Source: the human T2T-CHM13v2.0 reference genome, Homo sapiens | DNA length: 64,000 bases | Assembly: GCF_009914755.1 (NCBI RefSeq) | Contig: NC_060932.1 | Strand: one strand, 5' to 3' | Translations under genes and position numbers: made by a program | The notes under the pieces: model-generated | What the model was told of the DNA's origin: nothing | Database searches by the model: none | Seen by the model: the letters and a program-made list of their open reading frames with translations, nothing else | Shown: positions 1 to 15,066 of the stretch, in pieces | How the letters are laid out: each line of letters opens with the position of its first letter | Position numbering within the stretch: the stretch's first letter is position 1

Positions 1-2264
1 GCAAGAAAAGTTACTATGAAAGCAGTCTCCTTAAGAGCTACAAGAAGGTAACAATGTACAGATTAAAGCATGTGCAAAGCTTTTGTTTATGAAGAATAGA
101 CTAAGTATGGTAGAGTTAGGTTGCTCACAGGAATGAGACTAGACCAAAAGGAGACTATTAGGAACTAGCTTTTTCCTCACATCCACGTTCACATCTCATG
201 TCAGGCATCAGTGAGCTCCCAAATGCTTATTTGTTACTGTCTCAAAAGGACACACTAAATTCCCGTTTCATTTATCTTTAATCTTCCTCTGCCTTCTAAC
301 AGAGATGGCACATGTATAGCCAGGATCTTCATTGGTTCAGACCTTTTGTTAGGGAAGCAGAACTGGTGACAATTTGGAGTTATAGAACTTTTTAAAAATA
401 CATTTTATGGTTGCATAATGCATTGAGAATTAAATGCTGACAGTTTTGTCTGAGATTCTTTGGGGCTCTACTTTAATGAGGAGGTAAGACTAGTTTTAAT
501 TAGCAGATCAAATTTTCACATAAACGAACTTTCTAAGAAGAATGAGAAAATTAGTTTTATTATAAGGAGCTAAATGTTCTTTTTACAACCTTTTCTATAT
601 TATTCATTTTCATAGTTGACTTTTAAAATCCTATATAATAGAAAAGTGGACTTCAGCTAAGGCTTATATCCAAATTATTAAAGCCTGTGATGAACAGTTG
701 AAATTAGTGAGGTTGTTTTACAGGGAAAAATATTTTAAGTACAATCCAGAGCGGGGAAAAAATATTTACATGTAGGTTCATTCCATCTCTGTTGCGTTGA
801 AAGGTGAAGAAAGAAAGCTTTATGAGTTTTCTCTCTGTGTAAGACTCTGTCTGCAGTGGAATCACAAAGTAATTGAACTAAAAAATGTCTGTTAAAGGCA
901 CCAAGATAATTAGCATGAGTCACTGAAGTATAGGTTCTTAATGTTCCACACGTTGATCTTTGCTATACTTACAGGTGCTGGGGAAGGAGAGAGAAGAAAA
1001 AGAATGTTCAACAAATTCTACATGGGGAAATCAGAGATGGTTAAGAAACCCTCCTCCCGCAGTTGGGCTTTTATCTAATAAAAAAGACAACATGCACACA
1101 AAAAAGGAACGTGAGTTACAGTTCAGACCATGCTCAGTGATGGCAAACCAATGCCCATACAATAATAATAGTAACAAATAAGATTAATGGTGTTGGCTTT
1201 ACAATCTATATTTAATTTTAACAATGGAATTTCATTTGTTACAAATCACCAACATTTGAGAGAAAGCAATAGAATAAATAAAAGTCATTGAGAATTTTCT
1301 TCTCTTATCCAAACTGTTAATTTAGCTGCATTTCATGGAGTCGGCAGTTTCTAAAGCTATAAAGGAATTGTCTGGCAATTGAATTTGTCCCCTTAGTTCA
1401 AATGCATTTTTGAAACAAGGAATTATATTTTTAATCCCTTTTGTGTTAGAGCCCAGGGCAGTGCTTGGAATCCCAAGTGCTGATGATTTTTAGATTTTTA
1501 ATATAATATGATTTTCAATATGAAAATTCCAGATATTCTACCTCTTTATACTCTCCCACCTCCTGAATCTCAGAAGAAATTTGAGATGTTTCCAGACGTT
1601 GATTTGGTCAAACTGCAATCTGTATCTTATGGTGCTGAAACCTACTTGTATTATGTGTTTTTTGATCACATACATACAAAATCTTACCACTTTCTATCTC
1701 AAGTAAAATTGGAGTTATCAAAACGAATTGAAATGTGCTGTAGTGGTGCTATCTAAAGAGTAAGTGATATGCTGTGTATCATTTGCTTGGGGGAACCCTT
1801 TGATTTGGGGCAATCATTTGTTCCATGCATTTTCTTTTTGCACTAGTTAGCAACAGCAACAGGAGAAAAGAGGAGTGTGTTGGAATTCCAAGTCCTTCCT
1901 GAAAGTCTTTTACCTAAAAGAAGAGATTATCATACCTTCTGACCACAGGCCAGAGAGAATTTTTACAGAATGATGTATTTGGTGAAGAACGAGTGATCCT
2001 GTTTCTGAAAAGTCCCATGTGGTGAGACTAAACCCCGGACCCAGGGGTGAGTGAGTAAACAGTGTAAATTGGGGGTGCCTAGCTTGGTTGGAAAGAACAC
2101 TGGGCTAAAAAACATAGATGATATGTATGTAGGGAAGCATGTCTATTTAGAGCGAGAATGGAGGAGCAGATGCCTTTTTGGAAGTTTATGCCATTGATAA
2201 AAAGAGAGTTGATGAAAATTTGTGGGAAGACATGTCCTAAAAACCCATGATTCCTTTCATACTC

Positions 2265-2780
2265 CTTGGATGTCACTCCCCAACTTGAAACTTTAGTGAT
2301 CCCTCCTGTCTAGATAATGGAATCTATTCAAAGCCTTCTGCACTTGGTCCTAACCTTCCTTTGCAACATGCAGTTGCTGTCCACAGTGATCTCTGAACTC
2401 TAGCCAGCAACCCTCTTCTCCACACACTTGTTCATAGTGTTCATCCGCCAGGAATGATCACTGCTATGTCACCATCAGTCCACGACTTACCATCCTCTAA
2501 GGACCAGCAAAAGTCATATCTTTTTCATAAAAGCATCCTTGAGCCCCTCATCTCATAGTGCACTCCTTCCTCTTTTCTGCTTTCCTTTGGTAAACTTGAT
2601 TTGTTATTGATTGACTGCTTATTTCTCCTTGCATATTTAATTTACGTATGTGTTGTCATCTTCAGTTGGATATGAGGCTTTTTCACAAGAGCACACCAGG
2701 TGGTGTATCATTTTATCTGCTTCTCAGGTCATCCTCTGCATAGTGCCTTGTTGCCTAGCAAATACTCTTTGCGTGCTATA
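2265..2780 (+). mobile_element. L2 LINE 3' fragment (ancient)
   Basis: Degenerate L2 3' region ending in a CATAGTGCCTTG...CAAATACT-like terminus; boundaries approximate. Confidence 0.55.
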
Positions 2781-5517
2781 TGGATGATGGAAGACCTCCA
2801 TTACAAAACTATTTGGGGACACTCCAATCTGAGCTGGGATGCAGTGGTCCTTTCACCTGTGTAACAAGGTGAGGCTTTCTTTTAGGATCCTCTCCTGGCT
2901 CAGCTTTGGAGTGACTGTTGTCTTGTGCTGTGGAAGTGCAGGTGTCCTATTTGCATTTCAGGTCTTGAAGGAACCTGTGAACACAGCTCCTACTGAGCAC
3001 AGCTCTCCTGGAAAGCACAGCAGGCAGCACCAGGGCATTGAGTGCTCCGTGTGTCTCTGCAGGGCCCGGGATTGGGGTTATTAAAGCGGAGTGTTTCTGT
3101 ATTTGCAGCTCAGTGGGAAAGCTCCCCGTGCCACATTCCAGCATGTTGACCTCAGCTTCCTGCTGAGCAGGCTGGGAATGTATCTGTAAACCAAGCTAGG
3201 ACTGCAGGGACAGCTTGAGTTCCTTTGATTCATCTGCCCTTGTTCCCTAGTTTGTCTGTGTTTACATAGAAAGGTGACAATATATATCAGAGGTGCCCCA
3301 GGTGAGGCAAGGGGAAGACATTCGTATCTGTGGGTACTGCTGGATCCCTGTGACATCTTAGGTCGCTTTTCTGAAGGATTTAGGCAAAGGGTCATATCTA
3401 GACTTTTTAAAATGAATGCCTCATGTGAGTCATTTGATTTGCTTTATGCACAGTTAGTTTTCCTCTGGAGATAAGTCATCAGTCTGTGTTCTATGTCCTT
3501 TATTTCTGTTTTCCTCTTTTAGGAAGCTCATCCTTCATTCTCTCACCATATTGCAAGCATTGCAGTGTCACTCAGAACTTTTCCTGCTTTGTGCTGTCCT
3601 CCCCCTAACTCTTTGTATAATGTTTGGTTCCCAGTGATTAGGTGATTACAAATCACTCTGGCTGCTGCTATCTGGTCACTCACATGCCGTCACTCTATGC
3701 CCCCAAACCTTTACTGTTTTAAAAAACTCCTCTAAGAGGATAAGCATGCTGGCTTCCTGACTGCGATCCCCTATCTCCTGCCTTATGGAAGCCCTTGTTA
3801 ACAAATAGGATGTACACATGATTTTTCAATACCTCTCCTTTCTAATACAAAGTACCTTATAAATGTTATCTTCTGCTAAAACAGAAAATTTTCTCTTATG
3901 ATTCATTTTTTACTTAGTGTCAACCCCCTAGTTGTCTTGCCGTACTTCCCTGGAGTGTCTGATCTTCCACATGGGTCCTGGGCACAGCAAAAGGACTTGA
4001 AGAGCAAGTAGTGCAAGCCTTCCGTGACATCTATCAGGACACAAAGGGTGCTTCAAGCATTTTTGCAAGACTGCAAGCCTAGGTTGATGTCAAGAGGCTC
4101 ACCCCCTTCAGTTTGCCCCATATTTGAGACCCTGCCCTACCCTGTGGGTTTGCTACATTTGATGTCTCCTGCCAGAGGTGTGAATCATCCAGCATTCATA
4201 CTTTTGGCTGCACCTGCCTGATCTTGGCTTGGAATCTGTTTCTCTTCCCTTTTGGAAGCCATGTGGCCACACAGACATGGTGCCTACACCATCAATCCAT
4301 TAGTTTTAGAACTCATTTTACTATATTGGCCAGTGGAAGCTCTAAAGAGAGATGAAAATTTTGAGCATTTCTGTTATACACCTGAATTGTAAAGGTCCTG
4401 TGGCCTAACAGGGTGCAGGATGGATGAGGAATGGAACAGGTGTGGTCTAGAATGGGAATGGTGGGCTGGGGAACTCCTGTAGTAGCCTCAGTCAAATTGC
4501 CTTCTCACTGTGTTTCATCTGCACCTTACACTAAAAAGCGAAAGGCAGTGTCTCTGGTTTTGTCAGGTGCAGGAGTGGATGTGATTCAGCAGGTGTCCTT
4601 GATGATTGACAAAACCCTAGAAAGGATAGAAGCAAATTATCTGGCCTTATATTTACAGCTACCTCCTGTGTTGAGAAGAATAGATAATTCTTTGGATTTC
4701 CTCCATTGCTGACTGGGGAAATAGGACTGCTAGCATTAGAGTGGTGGTCTCTTGAGCTGAGGAATGAATAAAAATCCTCTACTTCCACCTGCTCCTTTGA
4801 CAGGAGATCACCAAAGCCTAGTAACTTATAGTCACACAGCTACCCAGTGAGGACCCCTGACTTTCTCTTCAGTCTTCTAGGACACTGTGCATGTTGCTTA
4901 GTTACATTTTAGCCCAATTCCCACCATCCTGATGAAACAGTCCACCATCACCTTTCCCTTCCTTGTTTACTAAGTTGCCACAGCAGCTGCTCCTGAGCCC
5001 CGCAAGTTGGAGATCTGAACATCATCTTCACTCTTCTCTTTCTACCCTAAGAGACTGAGTGACCGAGCCACATGATTCTACCATATCTAGAGATGCTGTT
5101 GTCTGTTCCCTTTCTTCCATTATCTTACGTCTGTGTGACTCTTTTCTAGAACAACTGCAGGCTCATTCCCTGCAGCTTTCTCTGACTTGCCTGGACCGTC
5201 CTGCACTAAATTCCACCGGTGCATCTCTGTGTTCCTATGGACCTATCCCTATCTTTAAGTCTCCCTGGACTCTCTGTGGCACTAGAATATCGACCTGAGA
5301 ACCCAGGTTAGGAAAACCTGTGACTTAATGAGGGGAAAGCCAAAATTAAGGTTCATAGTTACACAAAGGTGTGTATGAGGAGAGACAAAGGGAGTACTGA
5401 GACATCATAAAGTCTAGCTTTGCCTTTCCTAGTAGCCTAAACAAGGTATGTTTTGATATATAAAGCTGCTAATGTTTTGTACATTTATATTATATACTCA
5501 CATACATTTTTATATAT

Positions 5518-5811
5518 CGTCTTAGGCAGCTCCTGCTTCCATAATGAAGTACTGTAGACTAGGTGGCTTAAACAACAGAAATTTATCTCCCACAGTTCTT
5601 CAGGCTGGGACACCCATGATAAAGGCCCCAGCAAGCTAGGTTTTATTCTGAGATCTCCTCTCTTGGCTTGTAGAAAACTCTTAACCTATAATTGGGGGTG
5701 GGGGGGGGGGTCGGGGAGAGAGAGAGAGAGAGAGAGACACCGAGAGAGAGAGACAGACAGAGACCGAGAGGGAGAGACAGAGACCAAGACGGAGAGACAG
5801 AGACCGAGAGG

Positions 5812-5845
<34 letters not shown>

Positions 5846-6037
5846 GAGAGAGTGAGAGAGACCGAGACCTCTGGTCTCTTCATGTAAGGTCCTAGTCCCA
5901 CTATGAGGACCCCACTCTCTGCATTTAAACCTAATTATTTCCCAAATACCTTGTCTGCTAATACCATCATATTGGAGGTTAGAGCCTTAATATATGAACT
6001 TGGTGGGGTGGGGGCATGCAGCATTCAGTACATAGTG
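5518..6037 (-). mobile_element. MLT1A-type MaLR solo LTR containing an expanded G/GA microsatellite
   Basis: GTGGCTTAAACAACAGAAATTTAT..CACAGTTCT and CCTAATTATTTCCCAAA..ATACCATCATATTGG..CATTCAGTACATAG match the MLT1A reverse complement. Confidence 0.85.
5694..5867 (+). repeat. G-tract plus compound (GA)n / GAGAGACAGAGACCGAGAGG repeat
   Basis: G5-T-G11-TC-G4 followed by about 150 nt of almost pure purine repeat. Confidence 0.95.
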
Positions 6038-6629
6038 TGCACATGTAAACAGACATATATAAACATTATGACACACGTAAACTTTTCCTCATGTTTGAAA
6101 GAATGATGTGCTCTCTAAGGCATAATGTTTTATTTAGGGAAATGCTGAAATCTTTTTCCAAGAGATTCCATTTAGGATATGATTTTTATTAATATTGATT
6201 ATTCTTTTTATTATAATTTCATGCTGTTAGGATTCTGGCCTCTAGATTAGAAAGTCGAAAGCAAAGCTTATTTGAACCTGGTCTCTTCAAGCAGTAAAAT
6301 TAGAATTTAGATGATAGAGGGTGATTCTGGATGTTACACAATTAGGAATAACATGCATTGACAAAGCAATATGTCAATCTGTATATATTGCGCAGAAACT
6401 GATCACTATGTACGCATTGGAATCATCATTCTTAAACCTATAGCATTTTTTATGTCCACTTTAAGGGAAATGAAGCCTTGAAGACAAAGTAATTTATTTG
6501 ACATCACACCTGCCAGGATCATGCTTGCCAACCTCTTGCTTAAGGCTCTAAGTATTACCTTCTAATCACTGAATAATGAGTAAAAGGGAACGGTATTGTT
6601 TTAAATTCTGTGGATGGCTACAAATGAAG

Positions 6630-6698
6630 CAGGGAGGGAGGGAGGGAGAGAGAGAAAGAGAGAGAGAGTAAGTGAGTGAATGTGTGTGTGTGTGTGTG
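6630..6698 (+). repeat. Compound (GGGA)n/(GA)n/(TG)n microsatellite
   Basis: Directly visible. Confidence 0.9.
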
Positions 6699-8649
6699 AA
6701 AAATATTCTTCCAGGAAGAATTATTGATCTAGTTAAATATATAAGGCAGTCAAATTGGTATGATAGCCAGCATTAAAAATCAGCTTCCTAAATGTTCCAA
6801 ATGAATGGAAGAGAAAACGTCTAGGAATTTGAATGAGATCTGTGTAGGTCGACTGGGATGATAGTGAAAGATTTTATGGAGCAAATGACACTTAAATTTT
6901 GCCTTTAGAGTCCAAATAATTTATCTTGTTCTTTTTACCTCTAACTCTTCCAGGGCCCTGAATCCTAGGTGATTTATAACCATAGACTCTCACACTGGAG
7001 AGGAGTTGGGCCGGCTACACTGGCTGTGTTAACAGATCCCTTCCAGCTACTGCCTCACACAAGTCCCTTACTCAGTGATTCTGCTTTCCTGAGAGCCTGA
7101 CATAATCATCAGCTCTGCAGCAGAATCTTCTGCAGACTCAGCTGTGGGCCGTGATTATGTGTCTTAACTATTCTTATTTAGAGTGAGTCATTTAATTCAA
7201 GAGAAGATGATCTATATTCTTTTAAGTTTCATTAGTGTCATTAGAATGCTTAATCTCGTGCATGTTTTTTTTCCCTAGTCTGAAGCACTGCCATTAGTTT
7301 AGATAGCACTTATTAAATTTTTAGACTGCCAAGCCACTGTGCTAACATGAAATATTGAAGTTTTGCTCCTTTGATTCTAAGCATAAAGTCTTTATCACAA
7401 AGCATATAGTCACACTGTGTTTTGCACACCTGCGTAGGCTTGACTTAGCAGAGCCGGTGCCTCCTCTCCTTTTCATGATTTCTTGTCACAGATTTCTGTT
7501 GCTTTTGTTTTGTGCCAGTGATTTCATTTCATATTAAATCTTCATTAACTTAAAAAGTGAGAAGATGTAGTACAGAAACACTGCCAGGAGAACCTGTTTG
7601 AAAGTTGGATGTGATTTCAAAAGTGAGCATTGCAGCATTTTTAAAGAACACATTTGCCTTTTGGGATTTAAAAATAACTTTGTAATTATGGATTGTTTCA
7701 GCACAGATACATTTTTAAGTAACAAGTGCCTGAAAATCCTAACACAGTAGACCCAGCACAAAGCAGTCTGGAATAACCTTGAGGAGTTCACAGTTCTGCA
7801 CAGACTAAGATAAAATCTGTCAATGTGAATTGAAAGGCATCTAGACGGCTGGAGTTTGAGGTTCTGTGTTTTCCCCTACAGCGGTTGATGACATTTTTTG
7901 ATATGTAACTCAGGCCAGACAACTGTATTTCTTATTCTGCTTTAGGTGTCTGTGATGTCCTTAGCCAAAGAAGAAAAGAACATTGGAGAGACTTTCAGAA
8001 TTGCCTCAAGTCATTTTTTCTAAAACTGAACTTGTTCATGGTCTTTAACTTCCACATCTGTGAACAGAGATGCCCCTTATTTTTTTATTTTAAAAAATTT
8101 AGCGCTTTCTTTTGCTGGTTTGGGATTTTAAAGATGTATTATTTATAAAAGTACAGTTTTTCATTCACCTTAAAGTTTACTGGCTAAAGTACTTTATCTT
8201 TTGTGTTGTCTTGAGATGGGGCTTTAATATTTCATTGGTAATAAATTCCAAAAGATGAATAAGAATTGCAAAGGAGGTTTTTGCTTTGTAGATTTATAAT
8301 GACTCTGTCTGGACTTGGCTCCTGCTGTCATATCTCAAGAAGGGCATTAACACTCGCCAGCTTACACACTGCTTGGATCCCAGAATGCTGGTGAGATTCT
8401 GCATGCCCCTGGACGGTGACCATGGCTTTGATGTTTCTGTGAAAGTGTATGTTTCACTTTTACATCCTTGGTCATAATTACTTCTCTAGTTTATGGATAT
8501 TACCTACATTTTCTTAACGCTGTCGTCGTCTACTTTTCACGCAAGTCCCAGGAATTCTGCGGCATAAGGCAGCACAGGCTCAATAAACTTCAGATGTTGG
8601 ATTAAACCTTGCTTAAAATACTCCCTAGTGCAAAGTACAAGAAAAGGAA

Positions 8650-8888
8650 GTGCATTTAGTGATGGTTTGACAGCGCTTTACAGTTTAAAGAACACTTTGA
8701 TATCAATGATCACATTAAAGTAATTCAATAAGAGGGTAATTTACTATCGCCCTGATTTTATAGACAAGGAAACTTCATCACAATGACATTAAATAGTTTG
8801 TCCAGCAGCTTACCATTGGTAAAACCTGAGCTCAGGGTAGAACTCATGCCTTTTTATTTCAGGGCCAGTGTTGCTTTCATTACTCTGC
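8650..8888 (-). mobile_element. MIR SINE
   Basis: ATTTTATAGACAAGGAAACT..TAAATAGTTTGTCCAG core, antisense MIR. Confidence 0.7.
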
Positions 8889-9409
8889 CATTTCCTCCAT
8901 ACCCATCACAGACAAATATTCTAGTATAAAAAAAATCCTCATCAAGAGGAAATCTCTATACGTAATATAGTAATTAGATCATGCCCTTGAGAAGCCATAG
9001 TCACGTGGAAGGAATGAAGATGACTAGGCAATGCGAAAAGTGTTATTAGAATTAGATAATTGTATACCCATTCCTTTGAGCCTATAGAGGAAAAACTGAC
9101 TGCTATTATCTTAGAGGTTTCCAGGTAAAACGATCTTTCAACAGGGGCCCAATGAATAAATACACAGATAAAGAGCCTCTAAGGTAGGCAAGAGAGCATA
9201 GGCAAACACATAGTGGCCGAGTGAGTGTGGACTGTGGTTGACCACAGGAAGAAGTGGTAGCAAATGAAGCAGAACAGGTGGGCTTTACAATTAATTGCAG
9301 ACCAAAGCTTAGTTTCCAGTGTATGACCTTGTTTTATTGTTGAAATATCCTAATTTTTAACATGCAGCTAAGTTCATGTGTGTCATGGTGGTAAAACATC
9401 AACATTTAA

Positions 9410-9546
9410 GGCCTGGTGTGGAGACTCACACCTGTAATCCCAGGGCTTTGGGAGGAGGAAGCAGGAGAATTGCTTCAGCCCCGGAATTTGGGACCAGCCT
9501 GGGTGACATAACAAGACCCTGTCTCTACTAAAAAAATAAAAATAAG
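9410..9546 (+). mobile_element. Free left Alu monomer (FLAM_C/AluJ-like)
   Basis: Single left arm with A-rich tail; AACATTTAA at 9401-9409 recurs at 9856-9864, after the adjacent AluY. Confidence 0.9.
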
Positions 9547-9547
9547 A

Positions 9548-9853
9548 GGCTGGGCGCGGTGGCTCACGCCTGTCATCCCAGCACTTTGGGGGCCCAGGTG
9601 GGTAGATCACAAGGTCAGGAGATCGAGACCATCCTGGCTAACATGGTGAAACCCTGTCTGTACTAAAAATACAAAAAAATTAGCCAGGCATGGTGGCGGG
9701 CACCTGTAGTCCCAGCTGCTGGGGAGGCTGAGGCAGGAGAATGGCTGGTGTGAACCTGTGAGGCGGAGTTGCAGTAAGCCGAGATCGTGCCACTACACTC
9801 CAGCCTGGGTGACAGAGCAAGACTCCATTTCAAAAAAAAAAAACAAAAAAAAA
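9548..9853 (+). mobile_element. AluY-type, inserted at the FLAM tail
   Basis: GAGATCGAGACCATCCTGGCTAAC and GAATGGC diagnostics, dimer, poly(A). Confidence 0.95.
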
Positions 9854-11075
9854 CTAACATTTAAAATAATATGGTCTTATATGTGTATTTATAAAATTAA
9901 CTCTGTTTCCCACGGTATTTAGAACAGGCTGTGCACCTAGGGGCTCAATGTGTATGTGATTTGACACATGGTACGTACTATAAATATGGGTGCACTCACA
10001 TGTATGCATTCTAACACGTCTGGTCCAGTGTTGCAGTATCTCTCCTCTCCTGCCCCCTTTAAATTGGAAGGGGTTTGTGTCTTTGAAGTCTTTGCTGACA
10101 GAGCCAACCTTGTAAAAGAGCCTTCTGTTGTTAATGCTTGTTTATGCTGTGGAACTTCACTGTTCATTCCCCTAAACCCTTATGGCCTCCTAATGAAATG
10201 TAGAACCCTTGATCAAAGTTACACATGGTGGCAATTGCAGAAACCCAAAGTGGGACAAAGAAAAGAAAGAGCTGAGCCAGTGACCCACATTTATAGCTTG
10301 TGCCGATTAATTAGCAGGTAAAAATTTCCGTGTATTTCTTTCTCATATTTTAACTTGACAAGCCTAGAGAAGGGCGGTTGATCTACCTGCCATAAGTGTA
10401 TCTCTGGTCTTCTTTATGACTAAAGGTTTACACTTTTACATCTGTGAGTTGACAGAAGTCTGGCAGCAATGTGGGAGTGTCTAGGCACCCCAGAAGTTGT
10501 GGGACTAAACTTTGGAATCTGCATAGAAGGGGAGTCAGTTACATGGGAGCTCTCTGGGAGAGACACTAAAGTTGAGGTGGGGGAACATCAGGTCTAGGTC
10601 CTTCATACCGTGTGTTGAAATTATACCCACTTGCTATTTTGAGAATGCCAGTGTGAAGTCACAGGAGACCTTGGCAGGCCGCCATGTAACCTCACTCTTT
10701 CCTTAGTGAAGTTTTCTTGGCTTTGCTAGTGCTATGAAATCATAGAAATTAGGGTGGGAAAAGTCTGTTTCATCTGATGATCTCACCCATCCCTTTACTC
10801 TCTGGCAGCATGGGGATTACTCCTTATGCTTGATTCTCTAGTGCTTTGTCCAGTCCACTTCTTAATGATGTGAGTGATAATGTATTGATCTTCCCTAGGG
10901 CTGAATTTCTTTGGACCTGTTAAAGCTGCCATTCCGCACACAAACTCTGGTAGCACCTAGTTAAGATTCTTCTGCTATCTGAATCCTACATGCCACCAAT
11001 CTCATAATGGGGATGGTTACTGTATTAGATAGGGTCACACCTGTTGCTTTGTCTTCACATCCCTCTACCTACCTC

Positions 11076-11374
<299 letters not shown>

Positions 11375-12629
11375 TACCTACCTCTTTTTAACAGACAACA
11401 GTAGGCACTTTCTTCAGATTTATGCAGAAATTTAGTTAATAAAGAGATGAGTGATTGTCTTCTTTCTAGTTGAAATTGTTTTTCATGGTTCACAATAATT
11501 TCTGACATCTTAAACCATATCCAGCTAACAAAATTCTATTTTGTTGTAGTAGATTGCTTCACTTTCACATCTAGATACGATTCCATACTATCTATAATTG
11601 ATTTCCCTTCTTAATCTACATCTCAGGTGTGTCCATAGCATGAAATAATTGTTGTTCATACTTAAAATTTAAAGGAAACCATACTGCATTTGAAACGCCA
11701 ACATTCATGCTTAATTTAATCTTTTATTTTTTATTTTTACATCTTTCTCCCAAGTTTCTCTCTTTTCAGTAAAAATTTCTAGGAGTAAGAAGTATTCATA
11801 AAGTCTCCTGTCACTGATTTTTTTAAGCCACTTAAACCAAACCCTATCAGAGCATCATTCGCTCCAATTTAAAAATGAACTTTCCAACAAGGAATTATTA
11901 AAATTGTTAGCAAATAGAGAAACATGGTATTTCTTTCTATAGACATGTACACACCCCACTCAATTTAAATAGGAAAATCACTCAGCCCTGAGAGCCTGCA
12001 AATCAATCGGTTGACTTTCTAAAAGTACCTTATTGTTTTTTTAACTGGAAGATTCAGTGATTTCTTCTGTTAATTGTTTTTTACTAAAGAGAGGCTCAGT
12101 GCTGTGAAAGGGAAATCGACTAAAAGCCTGAGGAGGGAAAAAAAACGTCTAGCTTGTAATTTTAGAAGAGCTGTTGCTGTATTGTTAACCAAACTCTGCC
12201 TGCACTGGGTGCACGGAATCTCTGACCTATGAAAAATTGTTTGGGTTCCCCCACTTATGTTGTTTGAGCAGTAAAGAAAATATAATTGAAGAAATGGCAT
12301 TGAAGAGCATCTTGAGTTATTTGTTATCAAAAGTGGCACGCGGGAGGCTTTCCACATTAAATTTAAACATAGGAAATGTCTAAATCTGTGACTGTGGGAA
12401 AGGGACAATTTGAGCTTACCTTTCCTTTGAAAGCTGTGGTAGAAAATGCTATAGATAGGGCTTACTTTGCTTTTTTTATTTTTTATTTTTTATTTTTCAC
12501 TCTGAATTTTTTCTGAAGGTGATGATGAGGGGGAGTTAAAGATTGGAAATGAGAAGTGACTTATGTTCGTGAATAATGGAATGTGATTTTTGCAGTTTGC
12601 AAATGATGGATGGTGAGAAGGAATTCCCC

Positions 12630-13110
<481 letters not shown>

Positions 13111-13199
13111 TCACTTGCTCAAAATGCTTCTCTTTTGCTAGTGCTGGAACCTTCTTTAATATTTAATAATTTCAGTAAATAAGAGATAGCAGAGACATA

Positions 13200-13455
13200 C
13201 AGAGTTGAGATTCAGAATGGAAATACTTGAGCAGACTACCCGTATTTGACGCTCAGCTAGGCCACTTGATGGCTGTGCAACGTTGAACAAGTTCCTTAAC
13301 GTCTTTGTCTTTAAGTTCATGTGTAGGATTAGGAGGGTGTCATGATCTTCATATCATCCATCTCAGTAGGAGTTAGGAGTACATGTATTTAGAGAGACAG
13401 TGCCTGGGATCCAGTAAGTATGCAAGAAGAATTAGCTATTATTGTAATTATGATT
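13200..13455 (+). mobile_element. MIR SINE
   Basis: GCCACTT..GCTGTG..TTGAACAAGTTCCTTAAC core and ACAGTGCCTGG..AGTAAGT tail. Confidence 0.7.
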
Positions 13456-13695
13456 AGCAATAAAAATCATTTGGGAAGAGTCTATTTATTTAGTATTATA
13501 GTGGTGTGTAAATGAATACTATCTGCTTCTTTTCTGAAAGGGAAAATTGATCGGCTAAGTAATAAAGAAGAAAAATAATACCAGGTTTCCCAAAGAGCAG
13601 GACACTCAAGTGTTGGGAAAAGGCCAAGAATGGGATAAGAAATAGTACTGGGGAGGAATTTCCTTAAGACCTGCTCAGGAATCAGATTTTTATTA

Positions 13696-14186
<491 letters not shown>

Positions 14187-14727
14187 TTATATGGTCAAAC
14201 AGATCACGGGCAAGTACATAGTATGGTTGTAGATTTTTGGAGGGCATATATTCATATATAGGCATATTTTCAGCCAATTCAGCTTAATTCAAACATAACT
14301 TCTGTGTAAAATCTCCATGCAGTGTTGTGGCTATAAAGATGATGAAAGATAGTCTATGTTGCCAAGATTCTTACATGTCATTTTCCTAAATAGTTGTTAT
14401 CTTTGGCTTATTTGTCTGATTATTGAATTAAGAAGGACTGATTTGTTCCAGAATGCATTGAATAAACTGTCTTTTGAGGTGAAATTTTGGCATTGATAAG
14501 GGAGTTAACTTTTAGGGATGAAAAAATAGAGCTCTAATGTTGAAAGCCTAAGGTTTCCTAGTGAAAATAAGTAAGGCATTTTTTTCAATGTTCATTGACG
14601 GTGTTCATTGTCATTGTTTCTGTTTCTTTCACTAATTTCAGAATTGACAAGTGAACTTGGAATCATTTAGGGTTTGTGTATATAGTTATTTCTTATCTGA
14701 ATGGAAGCAAGATTCTTCACACTTTTT

Positions 14728-14862
14728 CCTGTGGTTTTCTACACTACATGTGTATCACAACCACTTGTGGAATTTTAAAACATTCAAAACCTTGGGGTCC
14801 ATTTCTGGAGACTTGTATTCTGCTCTGATGTCTAATGGACATCTAGGATTGAGAAATCCTGC
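14728..14862. mobile_element. MER5-family fragment
   Basis: GTGGTTTTCT..ATCACAACCACTTGTGGA..GATTGAGAAATCCTG. Confidence 0.45.
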
Positions 14863-14921
14863 ATTATTCTTGATTTCTGTTATTTGTGGCCCTCTAAAAC
14901 TATAAGAAAAGAAACTAGGTC

Positions 14922-15066
14922 ATTGCACTCATATTTTAATGTGTGTGCAAATCACCTGAGCCCCTTGTTAAAATCTGGGTAGGGCTTGGGGCTCTGCATT
15001 TCTTTGAAGTTCAAGGTAATGCAGATGCTGCTGCAGGCTTTTGGACCACACTTTGAGTAACAGAGA
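14922..15066. mobile_element. MER5-family (MER5A/B) fragment
   Basis: AATCACCTG..TTGTTAAAAT..CTCTGCATTTCT..GATGCTGCTG..GGACCACACTTTGAGTA. Confidence 0.7.

Noticed and set aside
5663-5901. RE-rich / LS-rich ORFs
   Set aside because: Translations of the (GA)n microsatellite
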